Assembly: GCA_964035545.1 (NCBI GenBank)
Contig: OZ037767.1
Span: 1,313,680 to 1,377,679 of the forward strand
From: Bugula neritina
Lineage: Eukaryota > Animalia > Bryozoa
Reading direction: 5' to 3'
Length of the DNA stretch: 64,000 bases
In this document: in pieces, positions 11,889 to 25,700 of the stretch
Position numbering within the stretch: position 1 is the stretch's first letter
Layout: every line of letters begins with the position of its first letter
Notes under the pieces: generated by a model
Told to the model about the DNA's origin: nothing
What the model saw: the letters and a program-made list of their open reading frames with translations, nothing else
Database searches by the model: none
Translations under genes and position numbers: made by a program

Positions 11889-14800
11889 ATGGAGAAAGTT
11901 AGCAGCAGACCTCTGTCCTTACCTTCTCTGAGACAGAGAATGCATACGGAGATTGATAACTCCTTCCGCCCTGTAAGTTACCCAACCATTTACCTGTAAA
12001 CTCTACCTGTAAACTCTACCTGTAAACTCTACCTTTGTACTCCACCTGTATACTATACTCTGTATGCCCTCTACTCTGTATACTCTCTGCTCTGTATACT
12101 CTACTCTGTATACTCTACTCTGTATACTCTACTCTGTATATTCTACTCTGTATACTCTCTCTCTGTACACCCTACTCTGTACACTCTACTCTGTATACTC
12201 TACTCTGTATACTCTACTCTGTATACTCTACTCTGTATACTCTGTATACTCTGTATACTCTGTATACTCTTCTCTGTATACTCTACCTGTATACTCTATA
12301 TACTCTACTCTGTATACTCTGTATACTCTGTATACTCTGTATACTCTGTATACTCTGTATACTCTTCTCTGTATACTCTACCTGTATACTCTGTATACTC
12401 TACTCTGTATACTCTACTCTGTATACTCTGTATACTCTGTATACTCTGTATACTCTGTATACTCTACTCTGTATACTCTACTCTGTATACTCTACTCTGT
12501 ATACTCTACTCTGTATACTCTCTACTCTGTATACTCTGTATACTCTGTATACTCTGTATACTCTGTATACTCTACATGTATACTCTACTCTGTATACTCT
12601 TATACTCTGTATACTCTACTCTGTATACTCTACCTGTATACTCTACTCTGTATACTCTGTATACTCTCTACTCTGTATACTCTACTCTGTATACTCTACT
12701 CTGTATACTCTACAGTCTACGTGTAAACGTATTCAAACCCCAAATCCTTGTTTCTGTTGTCACTTTGTCTGTCCTTCTGCTTTGTTACATTTTTCTTATT
12801 CATTTTGAACATTTTGGATTATATAATATTTTATATAAGCATATAAACATTACACTGGCTGTAATTATTTGTTTCGGGTTGCAAACTGTGCTAATAAGCA
12901 GAAACAGTTTAGTATATATACTGTTTGTGAAACACTGAATTTTACCTCCTGCAGCAAAGTCTGAGGTCTTGTGCTGTACAAGAGAAACTGTGTCTACTCG
13001 CAGACCAGCTGGGAGATGTCCACCTGCGCGATATTCCAGTGACTCGTAGTCTGCCTAACGTACGACCCTACACAGCTGTCATCAAGGTTATCCCAAGTTC
13101 ACCTCCTCACAATCTGTCTGCACCAAGTGCAAGTTTTTCATATGATGGTCTTGACCTTACTGGGGTCATAAGGTCACGGTACGTCAAACTTGAGTTACAT
13201 GGAATCGCTATAAATTTACCGAGTGTTTCATGGTAGTCTTCATTCGTGAGAAAACTGTTTGTACATGTTAGTAATTTCTTTGTCATATGCAAATTTTCTC
13301 TAGATATACTTTTATAAATTCAATTTTAACTGATTGTATCATGCTGTCATTAATTTATGTATAATATTATATCCCTGATTTGTGGGTATGACATCATTAG
13401 TTTATGTGTATGATGTCAAGTACATAGGTGTGTGATGTTATTGGTTTATGCACATGATGCTACTGTTCTTCGTGTATGACATCATTAATCAAGTGTATGA
13501 TTCAACTATAGTATATTATTATATAATTCTAGCTGGATGAATTATGTTTTTGTAGGATACTCGAAGATCACCCCCCAACTTGTCATCCTAGAAGAGAACA
13601 CAGCTCAGCTATAGCTCTGAAGAGGTGAGCAGTTCATGTCTAATAAAACCTTTTGATTATAACTGCAGTTTACAGAATCCCTGACACACTTCACTTATGC
13701 TGTATTAGAATCTTTTTATATATATTAGTGGAGAATTTAATTACTTGTTGCTAAAAAAAGTTTTAATGAGATGAGTAAGGCTTATGATTAATATTGACAT
13801 ATAAATAAATAAATGTATTCCAGGCTCTTTTTACTAACAGTTCTACTTGACAGGAGTTCCACTTTCTTATTTTATCATTTCCTTCACTGAGTAGAGCTCT
13901 TGCTGCTTATATCTAGGACATGTGCTTTTTTATATAATTGTCAAATTTCAGTTCGAATTTAACATGCCTGTGGAGCCATATTTTAGCTTTTAGTAACGTT
14001 ATACTGTCCATGGGATGTTCCTTAGAATGAATTGAATATTCAAGTAAAAAGTTTTATTATACCGGCAAGTCGTCAAAGCTTGTGGTCAATCGTATTGATC
14101 ATTGTGGCGGAACCTATTTTTGTTCAATAATTACTCCAGACGGAATGAAAAACAGTGACCTAAAAGGAAAATAAGAGGTAAGCAGAGTTTAATGGCAGCC
14201 TATATAGAACATGTAAAATAATTAATATACAATATCTTATAAAAACCTTTTTGTTTAAAAGTATAATTAATTTAACAGCATTTTCCACAAAGAACATCAC
14301 AATATCTCAGAGATTAATTAGTAGTAAAAATTGAATTCGGTCAAACATTTGTCTTTAAGTTTTAAATAGAGCAGACTGGCTAAATGTATACAAAACATTT
14401 ATTTTTATTTTCACTAATAGAATTGTGTGCTCCTGGCAGTTATATAACTAATTCAAGAAGAGATATAATAATGTGTATCAGCTGCATAAGATAATAGTTG
14501 AAGTTCTATTTGTCAAGTGTGGTACATTTTTAGAGTTGTGTACACTTGTCATTTGTATAGTGATATTGTCATTGGAGTTATGCACTCTTGGAATCATAAG
14601 ATGTGTATACTTGCAAAACATTATATGTAGCCTGGAGGTAGATAGAAGTACAAGATGTGGAGTAAAAATGCATTTAGCTTTCACACTAACCAATGAAAGT
14701 TTTCTTCTAATTATTCGCCCATTTTTTACTTTCGATATGCCTAATTTGTTTTCCTGGAAAAGATATTTCTTGAAAATTGAGCTATATATACATGGTTAGA

Positions 14801-17800
14801 GCATAATCAGATTGATATGTAATATTATGAGCATTTTGGGCTCATGAAATAATAGTATATTATATTATGCAAAATTGCATATATAAGTAAATAAGTTTAT
14901 ACATGTTATAAATTGTGTCCACAACTACGTAACAAACTATAAAATAATGTTAATTTTACTAACTATAAGATTATGGAGACATAATAATTAATTATACATG
15001 CTATAGACTTAGTAAAAAGGTTCGTATAGAAAATGAATTAAGCTGTTGTATAAGAATCTTGTTTCAGTAATAATACATTATTATAAAGAAAATGCTATTT
15101 GGGCTGTTACAGATATAGCTAGAATTTATTGAATGTTACATCCTGTATGCCCATAATAAATATACTAATAATATATAAGTTACAGCTAATATATAATTAG
15201 TTTTAAATCTCACTTTATAATTTATCATACTGTCCTTATAATTGGATTGATTTTCCTAACTTATTCAATAATTGTGTTCAATGACCACTTTATGTAGTAG
15301 ATGTCACATAGATGCTTATATAGAAATGCTGTCCTGTCAAATTCCTAGTAGCCAATAACCATTGTCCGTCATTCAATTAATGTAAGCTGATTATATAGGA
15401 AGACAATACACTGTATTATAATTGAACAGTGTGTTGCCATTCTGAATACAATAAGCAAATATCATCAGTCAATATCTACTTACAAAGCTCTAATGAATTA
15501 CAGGCTATGTTTTATAACCTTTGCGGGCATAAGAATTACCCTCCGATATATGATATTCTTAGACTGCGCTCACCAATGTCATGTAAACACTAAACTACAT
15601 GACAACAGGTTCATTGTGATATAATACAGAGCTTGTAGCTAGTACCTGCTCTTACCTAGAAATAAAAGCTCTTCTAAGCTGGCTGCTTTCTTATTAGTAG
15701 CTTTTCACAATGGTCTGTAGATTTTTGTATTTTAAAGAAAATAAAAACTGTAATATAACATAAGTATCTGTATTTATTACATGGAAGGCATAACTCTACA
15801 GCATTAATTACATTTTATTTTTAAATTTATATTTAATACACTAATTATAACTATCATTTACCTAATTTTTTCATATTTCAGTTCAGAATTTGAAGTGATA
15901 TGGTACATTTATCAAAAACCATCAGTCAAAAGAAATTTAATCATAAGTCTCAGCAGCAAAGAATATCAGCTGTAACTGCTGGAATAGTCAACAAAATTCT
16001 TGATACTCAACTTCCAGATACCATGAAGGTAGATATTATACAGTATATACACAGGTAGATATTATACAGTAGATATTATACAGTATATACATAGGTAGAT
16101 ATTATAGGTCACATAAATCTAAAAATAGCTTTTATTTATCAATTTCTAAATCTACGTGGGAGGGAAATTTAATTTTGGCTATAACAATTGATTTTGCTGC
16201 TGCTGCTTTGTCAAGAGCAGGCATTATATGAAATGACTTATGTTGCAATACAGCTAAGTTAAGTTATGATAATAATATAATAGAGAATAATTAAAGAATT
16301 GATTTTCTGCACCGTGATACACAATAATATCTTATATTAGCCATTTCCCATTTCTTGCCCTGAGAGACTATTACTACTGATTACAAGATAAGAGTATTCT
16401 TTAACTGAACAGTCAACACTACAGTGAGTGTTTTCAGTTTAGGTGGTACTGTGATAGTTATTATCCCTTATTGTGTCTATTACTATACCATCAGGGTTAT
16501 TAGTTATAGTCACTATTACTACAGTCAGTGGTATCTGTTGTAATCACTATTACAGTGATTAGTACTACGTATTACAGTCAATGTCCCCTAGACGTATTAC
16601 TGGACTCAACTCTCACAATGGTTACATGCTACCAACTATAGAACACATTAAAGAAGTCAGCTATGACAGGTACAAGATGAGCGCTGAACCTATTGACAGC
16701 TTGAGTCAGCAGGCATCCAAAGTAAGTGTACCTCTACATAGTGTTAACTAGTCAAGTAAACATATAATATTTTAGATAAAGGAAGAGCTAAGTTTAAAGT
16801 AAGTTAGACAATGAAAAATGTTGCATTATGTCTGAAATGAGGCGCTATATTGCCTTGTAGGTAGAGACACCGGAGTACATCTGCTTCATAAATCACAGCG
16901 ACTCAGATAAGGACAAGAAATCCTACAAGCACAACGGTGTTTGGAAGGGGCGTAGAAAGAAAGCCCCGCCTCGTGTAAAAAGTATGGATGAACTGCTATT
17001 AGAAGAATCTCTTCGACGTAATTCTCGGTCTTTGCACCGAGTCCCTGATCTAAGGGTCAAGGGTGACTTTGCTCCTGGATATACAGTAAGTGTTATATAG
17101 AGTATATATAGATATGTGTGATATATAGAGTATATCTGGACATGTATAGTATGTAGAGTATACTTCGACATATAGAGTATATAGAATACAATTAGACATT
17201 AATAATTAATATTTACTTATAAAATATGATAGGTGATATTCATCAATTTAATTTAAAATCACATTCAAATTGATATAAATTGTAAAATTATGAGCCTCTT
17301 ACATATTTTCATTTGAAGCATTTCGTTGTTTTTAATAGAAAAATTTTATATGGTAAATTATTTTAATTAATTAATTGAGGGGTCATTTTCTTGTTTTAAG
17401 ATAAAAGCGGTACTAGCTCCATATTTTTTGTTTACTTTAGCAACATTTAATTTTACAAACCTATAATACTATTTAAATGTTGCTTTTAAAAATAATTTAA
17501 AGCTGCATCACACACCAGAAAATAACATTTGACTCAACAATATTAGTTATGGGTGCATCATGAGTTGATGCTGTATAATTATAGTTGCATAAAAAACCTT
17601 TTAGTGCCTCTACTGCATATTTTGATAAATAATATTACGATTTATTTAGTGCAAGTGGGAGCGACTGAAGCACTTACCAGATATTAAACCCACAAGAGAT
17701 TTATTTGAGAGACAACCTACTGCTGTGGATGAAGACACAATAAACATGTACAAAGACATTGACGCCAACTTCTCGCAAAATAGAGTTGAGGAAATTTTAA

Positions 17801-18063
17801 AATCTGAAGGATTTTTTCCTTATGAAAGAAAATTTGAACAAACTAGTTTAGCCAAATCAAACAGTCTAAATGAGTTTGACAGTCAATGCTTTCGGATATC
17901 GGCTCAGCCTAAGATGTTTAGTATATCAGACAGCAGGGTGGGGGGTAGCAAGAAAGAGCCTAAAATATTAAGTCACTCTGCAGAATCTTTGGCTATACTT
18001 CAATCTAGGAAGAAGTTGCCTACGTTAATAATTAGTCCAGCTGGCAGAGGAAAACCAGGTTGA
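11889..18063 (+). CDS. Uncharacterised protein, 7 exons, ~430 aa, no recognisable domain
   Basis: Phase-compatible exons 11889-11972 (MEKVSSRPLSLPSLRQ...), 12955-13178, 13556-13624, ~15897-16028 (needs a gaAG acceptor), 16578-16720, 16861-17085, 17650-18063 (joins ORF 17725). AATAAA at ~18341. Confidence 0.7.
11988..12715 (+). repeat. Compound 5/9/14-bp satellite (TACTC / TACTCTGTA) in intron 1 of the unknown gene
   Basis: Starts ~15 nt after the donor at 11973; the source of spurious ORFs 12035, 12064 and 12576. Confidence 0.95.
16027..16107 (+). repeat. Donor-site tandem repeat
   Basis: AG|GTAGATATTATACAGTATATACAC repeated 3-4 times starting at the exon end. Confidence 0.85.
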
Positions 18064-18988
18064 AGTTTTATCATCAGAAATCTCAGAAAATGGCAGAATT
18101 TCTTTAATGCTGCACTTCAAGAGATTCAAACAATTTATGAAAACTAAACGCACTAGACTAGTTAGTTTATTTGAATCTCTGCTAGAAGGTCAAAGCATAT
18201 GAAGTAATCAGCAGTATTTTAACCACACAGTATAAGAGATACAAGTCCGAGTCATAAGCCTGATTATTGCCAGATTTGTAGAACTTTGTATTTTCATACT
18301 AATTTTGTCCATTTTTCTTATATGAGTTTTGCATTTTGTTAATAAATATTAATATAATAAAGAGTTTCGTAGAATTACAAACTTGGATTAGTTTATTCTC
18401 CAAGAAGCATTCATCCCTTGGCAGAATTTATTAATATGAATGAATTTCTACCAATTTAGATTCAGTGCTGTACAACATGTTTGCATAGTGCCAGTGTGTA
18501 TATAGTGTCAGAATGTGTTAGAATGTATCAGAGTGTGTCATAGTAGCAATTAATTGCTTTTATCATCATAGTTCCCAAACTTTGAAGTGGGATTCAATTT
18601 TTAATGTTTATTTTTGTCTTATACTCAGCTGGTTTTTGAAGTAAGCCTACCCACAAGGGCTCAGCTTTGTCACAAAATCATGAGGTTTACTTATGGTCCC
18701 AAGGTTATTGTAAGGTTACAAGGTCATTGTGAGGTCACAAGGTTCATGGCTTCTTTTTATTAATTTGGTGGTGAAGCTATATGAAATTTTATGTGTTTAT
18801 AACAGAATGCTTGCACGTGTACAATGTTATCCGCTTGCTCTTGATTCTACATATGTAACTGATTTGACATAGTAAATATATCTATAATGGCCACCGTATC
18901 TAATTCTATGCTATGCATGCAATTTCTCCCTTACCATACTTGTGTGCAGTTTACCAGGTATACTAACATGTTTACAGCATGAATCCAA

Positions 18989-19184
18989 ATGTGTCATATG
19001 TGTCACAGTGTCTGTCAGCATGTTGACAGCATGTGTAAGGAGCGTCAGTCTGTAAACTGTGTCAAAATGTATTAACAAGTGTCAACATGTGTCAGAGTGT
19101 GTCAACATGTGTCATCATGTGTCATCATGTGTCAGAGTGTGTCAATATGTGTCAGAGTGTGTCAAAATGTGTCACAGTGTGTTA
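18989..19184 (+). repeat. 10-bp-period TGTGTCA array upstream of the DUF4347-like gene
   Basis: GTCAACATGT, GTCAGAGTGT, GTCATCATGT...: ten consecutive decamers at 19081-19180. Confidence 0.9.
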
Positions 19185-19365
19185 GCTAGAGTAATTTGCA
19201 GAAGAGGTTTTTATTATGTAGACGAAAACACTAATTAAGAACCTGTAATTCATCACAATTGATGGAAATGACTATATATGTATTTGGTAATGTCTATAGC
19301 TTATCGAAACTGTTTTTAGACACATTAGAAAGTTAGCAGAGAGAAAAGAAGTAAGAAAGAAAAAA

Positions 19366-21888
19366 ATGGCCCGAGAAATGGTTATAAAACAGCTTACGTC
19401 AAATCATGACCTGGGAGGGCGAAAGTCTAGCCGGGATTCTCGAGTTAAACCGTGGCGAGAGGCGGTACCTAAGTTTGAGAAACCCTTCATTAATGTGCCA
19501 GGTATTAACTAGGGTCTTATAGGATGTATTCTATGGATTATTAAACTCTGATCAGCTCCTTCACTAACACAGTCATAGTACAATGTGCTCATAATTATTT
19601 TAGTGGCACGAGATTCATTATTCCACCTCACATAATAATTATATCTAACTAGTATTCTATCTCATATATCCTTGCACATATCTTTCATACTAGCTGCTAT
19701 AATTTATTTTCATTCGCGCTTGCTTTTTATTATCATTAAGTATAAGAGCCTTTTACAAGCCCATAAGAAATTTTATGTAAGATATTTTATTGTGAGCATA
19801 ACAATAAAATATTGAGTGAATATTTGATTATTTGCAAATTGATATTTTTTGTTCTGTGCTAACCAAATATTATCATCTATAGCCTAAGCCTGCTCGACAT
19901 AATTCACTATTAAAAAAATACTGGTAATTGTCTATTTTTAGCTCACAGTAAGAAAGCTATTGCGGCAGCCAACAGACGGCTGACAGAAGACGCATGGCTG
20001 GAGCAGCGAGACAACGAGATGTGGGCTATCAATAACACAAAATTCTTTAAACCTATCACCATAGTGGTAAGGGGCGTTAGTGCAACCACCCATGATCAAA
20101 GTTATAATTTATGCAAACTGTAGGCTTATAGTTGCAGCTCCAAGAAATTAAGATACCTGTATCATAATTGTATGAATAGTTAGGTGGCAATATAATTAAT
20201 TTGATTACAATCTAACTATATATATCATTTTATATCAAAACTTTAAATGTTATTATTAGAAATTGTTTGCATTTTGTGAGCACATTGCCTACTTTTTTAT
20301 TCAGTTAGTCAGTTCTCATTTAAACTTCAACACCCCCAGTGAAGTATTGGCAGCTATGGTGAAGTCAGAGCAGGTGTTCTCTTCAGTATATAACTACATG
20401 AGTGACAGCTATTCTGAAATCATTAGTAAGTCAACTATTATACACCATATTGACATTTTGTCTTACGACAAGATGGTACTGCATATCAAAGTATGTCCGT
20501 TTATTTCAAACCTGCCAGCATGTGTGAACATTTGTCAGTATGTGTCAAACTTTGTCACTATGTGTCAAACTTTGTCACTATCTGTTAATCTTTGTCACTA
20601 TGTGTCTTAAAGGGAAGCAAACAAATTTCCACTTTTGGCATTTGTTGATTGTAACTAGCTTGCAATGCTGTGCCTATAAGAATCTATCTATTGCATTAAA
20701 ATATGTTCAGTGTTGATGCTACAGGTTTAGTTAAAGAAATGCTGCAATCATGTGGGGAAGGAATAATGGCGGAAAGGTTAGTAATTATATGCAATGGAGG
20801 ACGATCTCGAGTGAACTTGATAAACACCCAGAATATTACGAGTTCCAGGTTACGGAAAGATGGTGACATTACAAAGTAAGCATGTATTCTATATAAAGTA
20901 ACAAAACATAAACAGCTGTTGATAAAAATTGTTTCATTCACTGAAATACAACACATGTATATGTCCTGAGTGTTTCAACTCGACTGTTTGCTACAAATAT
21001 GCCAGCGTACGTATGAGCTGGTTGATTGCCAGACACCTAACAAGTATTTCTGCTGTATTTGTTGCTCAGGTTTTGGGAAGATGTGGGGAAGCTAATGAGT
21101 AAAAGAGATTATACAAAGACTTCTGTAATCATAGGAGGCTCTGACTTTGCCAATACTCTCGCGGGACTGGAGGTAAGACAATTCAGCACCCTTTACATGA
21201 ACTACTGAATAAGTTAAGGGTGTATGCTATATTTGAGAGAGCTAAGCATAATTTCATAAGTATAAGTTTAGAATAAAATGATATTTTGCTGCCTCTAAGC
21301 ACGAAGCAATGAAATCGTATCAAGCTATTATTTTCTTAGTAGTGGCTGCATGTAGTTATTATAAAATAAATTTGCATTATTTTACTGAATATGTATTGAC
21401 AAGTATACTGGTGTCTAGATTGCTCAATGTGATTATAAAAGTAACTTCACTGCCTATACTTGCTACAAATTCCAAGAACAAAGTCTGTAAAAGAAATAAT
21501 TGTATAAATTTATATAGTTTCTATATTCACATATCTATAAAAGTTTCTACAGAAACTTGTTGGACTACACGAAATGAAATAATTGCAGATTGAAACTATG
21601 CAAATTTTTTTATTACTTGCTAATTATTTTTAAAGTGTTTGTTTTATTCTACTAAAACAGTATTTTGGATATGAAACAGAATATTATATACTTTAGGCTC
21701 AGTTTTGTATGTTTCAGTTGTTGACAGAACTCTCAAAAGCAATGAAACCCAACAAGGTGCAAGTACAATCGCTGCCAATGAACAAAACGCTGACTACAGA
21801 GGAAGAGGAATTTGTGAAGTCTTTGTTTGTCTCCGTCAACGTTTACTCAGAAGTTTTCCAACCTGCTGCTGGCAAGGACAAAAGATAG
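19366..21888 (+). CDS. Small stand-alone DUF4347-like protein (resembles the DUF4347 region of ECT2L), 6 exons, ~270 aa
   Basis: Exons 19366-19501, 19942-20066, 20305-20425, 20725-20875, 21070-21172, 21718-21888 join in frame. LVSSHL..EVLAAMVK..VFSSVYNY..SEIISLVKEML..AERLVIICNGGRSRVNLI..TKFWEDVGKLM..AGLELLTELSK parallels ECT2L as recalled (LISSRI..VVSVVYEH..AQSIGIFSDG..INLL..DFWEKLG..AGIEVLSQLS). Confidence 0.75.
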
Positions 21889-22723
21889 CATTGTAGTGAC
21901 AACTCCAAATGGTACTTTTAAAACATAATATAAGTTGCTTTTTCAATACTAGTAATCTTCACAGCTTGACCAAGTGTAATGCTAATGAATCTGGAGATGT
22001 GTATATATTTTATAAGCAAGATGAGTGTTAAGGAAGTCTTTTAAGAGTTGTATTGCTCACAAATTAATAGCAGTAAAACTTAGCAAAGCTAAAAGTTATC
22101 AAAGCTCATTAAAAGCATACAAGAACTTTTAACACTATTTAATGTTTATTAAGTAGTATTAATGTAAATTCTGAGTAGTATTTTTGTTGTGTTTTGTTGG
22201 TGAAAAAAACTCTTAGTCAATTGTGGCATAAATCACAAAACATGTTCAACAAATGTCATTTATGATTGAATACAACAAGCATCTACTTAGGACCAATGTG
22301 CATTTTATAACACCACCACTGATATTTTATTAATTTTATTCCATGACATGTCTATACGTGCAAATAAAGTCACGAAATAACTGTATAAAAAGTATGGGTA
22401 GATTTGTAATAAAATTAATGTGAATATATACACGTATCATACATATGTATGTCTTACACATGTCGCATAGCTGTCTAACACATGTCACAGTCTGCAAAAC
22501 ATATTGTAGTATAAACATTTGGTTTGCTGCATGATACAAAGATACAGTGACATTGGAAAAACCTCAGCAAAATGCACAAAATACATTCCCATCCACATGC
22601 CTTGGACAGGAAACACCATAGCAATGGGGTGAAGGTCATCCAAGAGATTCGCATGCTGGTCACTGTAAATTATTGGTTGCTATATTAAATTACATAAGTT
22701 ATGTACAACGTCCACGGAGTCGT

Positions 22724-25700
22724 CTAAATAAGCCCTTTGAGTTTCTTATATTCGGAGAGGTTCAGTGAACGCTTTGGTGCCGTATCTTTGATAGATGAGA
22801 TGCCTTTGGGCATCATGGACAGGGCCGAGCCTGCAATATGACAGTTAGTAATAAACAGTATATCTACTTGTAGCATACTACTGCAGTATATATCCAGTTA
22901 TTATTATTACTAGATACTAATACTAACTGAAAGTCTCAAGTGACAACTAGTTACTAGCATTGAGAGTAATCCATTATGAGAGTTATATAGTGTAGTTGTT
23001 AGTAGAATAGGTATAAACACAATAATAATGGACTCACTGTTGAGCAGAGGGACGTCAAAATCTATTTTGATATCAAAGTCGTGCACTTTGAATAGGTCAT
23101 CAGTTTTTCTCTCCTCTTTCTTCTCTGTGGCTGGCTGCAAGATCAGACAGACCTACATTACTTACTTACTACTTACTTACTTCTTACTTACTTACTTACT
23201 ACTTACTCACCTCTTACCGGCACATACTACACCCACAAGTGTAACACCAACACACCTTACTCATACACTAAACTCACGATTAGAGAGATCACCCACTCAT
23301 AACCAGAAGACTCAGTACTTCTGACTGCCACCAATTGTCAACTAGTGAGACTAAATGCCAGAGTCTCACTCACAGTTGACAGTGACTAACTCACAGCTCA
23401 CAGTGACTAGCTCACAGTGACTAACTCACAGCTCACAGTGACTAGCTCACAGTGACTAACTAACAGCTCACAGTGACTAACTCATAGTTCACAGTGACTC
23501 ACTCACAGCGACTAACTCACAGCTCACAGTGACTCACTCACAGCTCAGAGTGACTCACTCACAGCTCACAGTGACTAACTCACAGTTCAGAGTGACTCAC
23601 TCACCCCAGAGGAGGCAGCCTGTGCTTTAGCCTTCAGCGCTGCTTCGGCAGCGTCAATACTGTCCTGTCTGACTACGTCTGGTTTCACTGGCTGTGAGCC
23701 AGAATCAACTGCTTTCTTTTTAGTGGCTTAAAGAAAGAGAAAACAGAGGAAATCAGTTTTTAACTACACTTAGTGGAAGTCGTCTTCTTTTCCCAGTGAC
23801 TGAGTATGCAGTGAGCCGTAAAAATTAGTATAATAACATCAAGTATACATATTGCTTGCTGATGCAAAAAATCTATTTATGTCTTGCACAGTTTTGAAGA
23901 ATACAAAGAACCACCTTTACTAGGCTCATAAAACAGGATATTATGAACAAGAATTCCAAAATTTTCCTGAAAAGAGATGGCAAAGTGTCTAGTGAAACTC
24001 ACCGAGGACAGGACGGCACGACTGCCTGGTAAATGGGTCAGCGGCAGCATTTTTACTTTCCCTCCACTCCTTTCTCATTGCCTCCTCGGCGTGTTTGATG
24101 TTATTCATTCTGTTTCTCTCATTGATCCACCTGCAACAGCCGTATGTGCATATAGCATTGGCACCATGTGAATATATATTATTATACATATCAAAGTACA
24201 AGCATAATACAGCATTACAAAGTATACAACAGTGTAATACGATGTTATACATGTTATACTATATAATACACAGCGTAACACGCTTACGTAATGGAGTTGA
24301 GTTTCCCCACTCTTCTTTTATCCAACTCCGAGGCTTTCTCCTCGATTTCTTCGAGTTCGCCTGTTAACTTCTGAACTCGAAACTCGTCACCAGCCATTTC
24401 CGCCAACTCCTAAAGTTAAGGAGCTCAAGCTATGAGTACAATGTAGAACAGGGGCTACTACTCAACATACGACATACGACATACAGTACACAAACCTTCT
24501 CTTTCATGACTTCGTGCTTTCTGACGGCAAAATTCGTAGGATTTTTCTTAAATCTTTTCTTTTCCGCCACCAAGTCGACGATTTCTTTGTCTGTGAACTG
24601 ATGTTTCATGTATTTCTTGAGCTCGGCGACCTGTAAACAAGCAGCTCGTTATTAGACATCATTGTACAATGAGTTACCACACCTCGCGTACCATCAAACT
24701 TAGGAGTTACTCTCAATGCCACAACTATAAGAATCTCACAGCATGTTGGTGGTTCAGACAGCTACATGCTGATCTGCTCGCCGCCGGTGAGACTAAACAA
24801 ACAATAACAAGAATAACTTCACAAGAGACAGGCCACTCACCTTCTTCCTAACATCCTCCACAGTTGGCAGGAAACTCCCCGACACCATGATTGCCTCTTT
24901 CCACTTGAAGAACTCCTGTTCCGTGAATCTACTGTTGGAGACAAACTCTAGCCTGTAGACCCTCTCAGAGGCGCCAAACCTGTAAGGGTGGTGCACTAAA
25001 CATTAGCACATGTACACATAGGACCTAAGTCTATACTCTATATCATACATTGGTAAGAAATGGTGAGCCAACCTTAGCTTGAGGCCCTTATTGGTTCTGG
25101 TCGTACCCAGCTGGTATATCTTGGCAGTTTCTACCACGTCAACTATCTCTGCACACTGAAATAGACAACTCGTTTGTGTCACAAAATCTTAGTGCAAATG
25201 CATAGTGTAGAGTTTTAAAAAAATGAAAACTACCTTCCAATTTATATCAAGTAAAATAAGTAAATGCAGAAGTTCTACTTACCCTGTACACCGGGTAACC
25301 GTCTTTATTTCCTATGCCGATTCTAACAAAGCACCCGCATATAGTCTTCTTAAAGAATGGCATGTGACACCACTGTTCCAGTCTGTGACGTGACACCCGA
25401 ATGTCTTCAATATCTTCCTTCACCTGGATAAACTTCACTGGCTCCCTTTCTCTAGACCTCCGTGATCTGGTATCACTTTCACTACCCGAATCACTCCTGC
25501 AAGTTGTTGTATATTAACTGCTATGTTGTATATTAACTACTAAGTTATATATTAACTACTATGTTATATATTAACTGCTATGTTATATATTAACTACTAT
25601 GTTATATATTAACTGCTATGTTATATATTAACTACTATGTTGTATATTAACTGCTATGTTGTATATTAACTACTAAGTTATATATTAACTACTATGTTAT

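Noticed and set aside
12035-12938. Long ORFs of 257, 220 and 120 aa
   Set aside because: Translations of the TACTC/TACTCTGTA satellite inside an intron.
16440-16580. Weak TNA-phased patch in an internal intron
   Set aside because: Short and interrupted; recorded as a possible counter-example to promoter specificity rather than as a tract.
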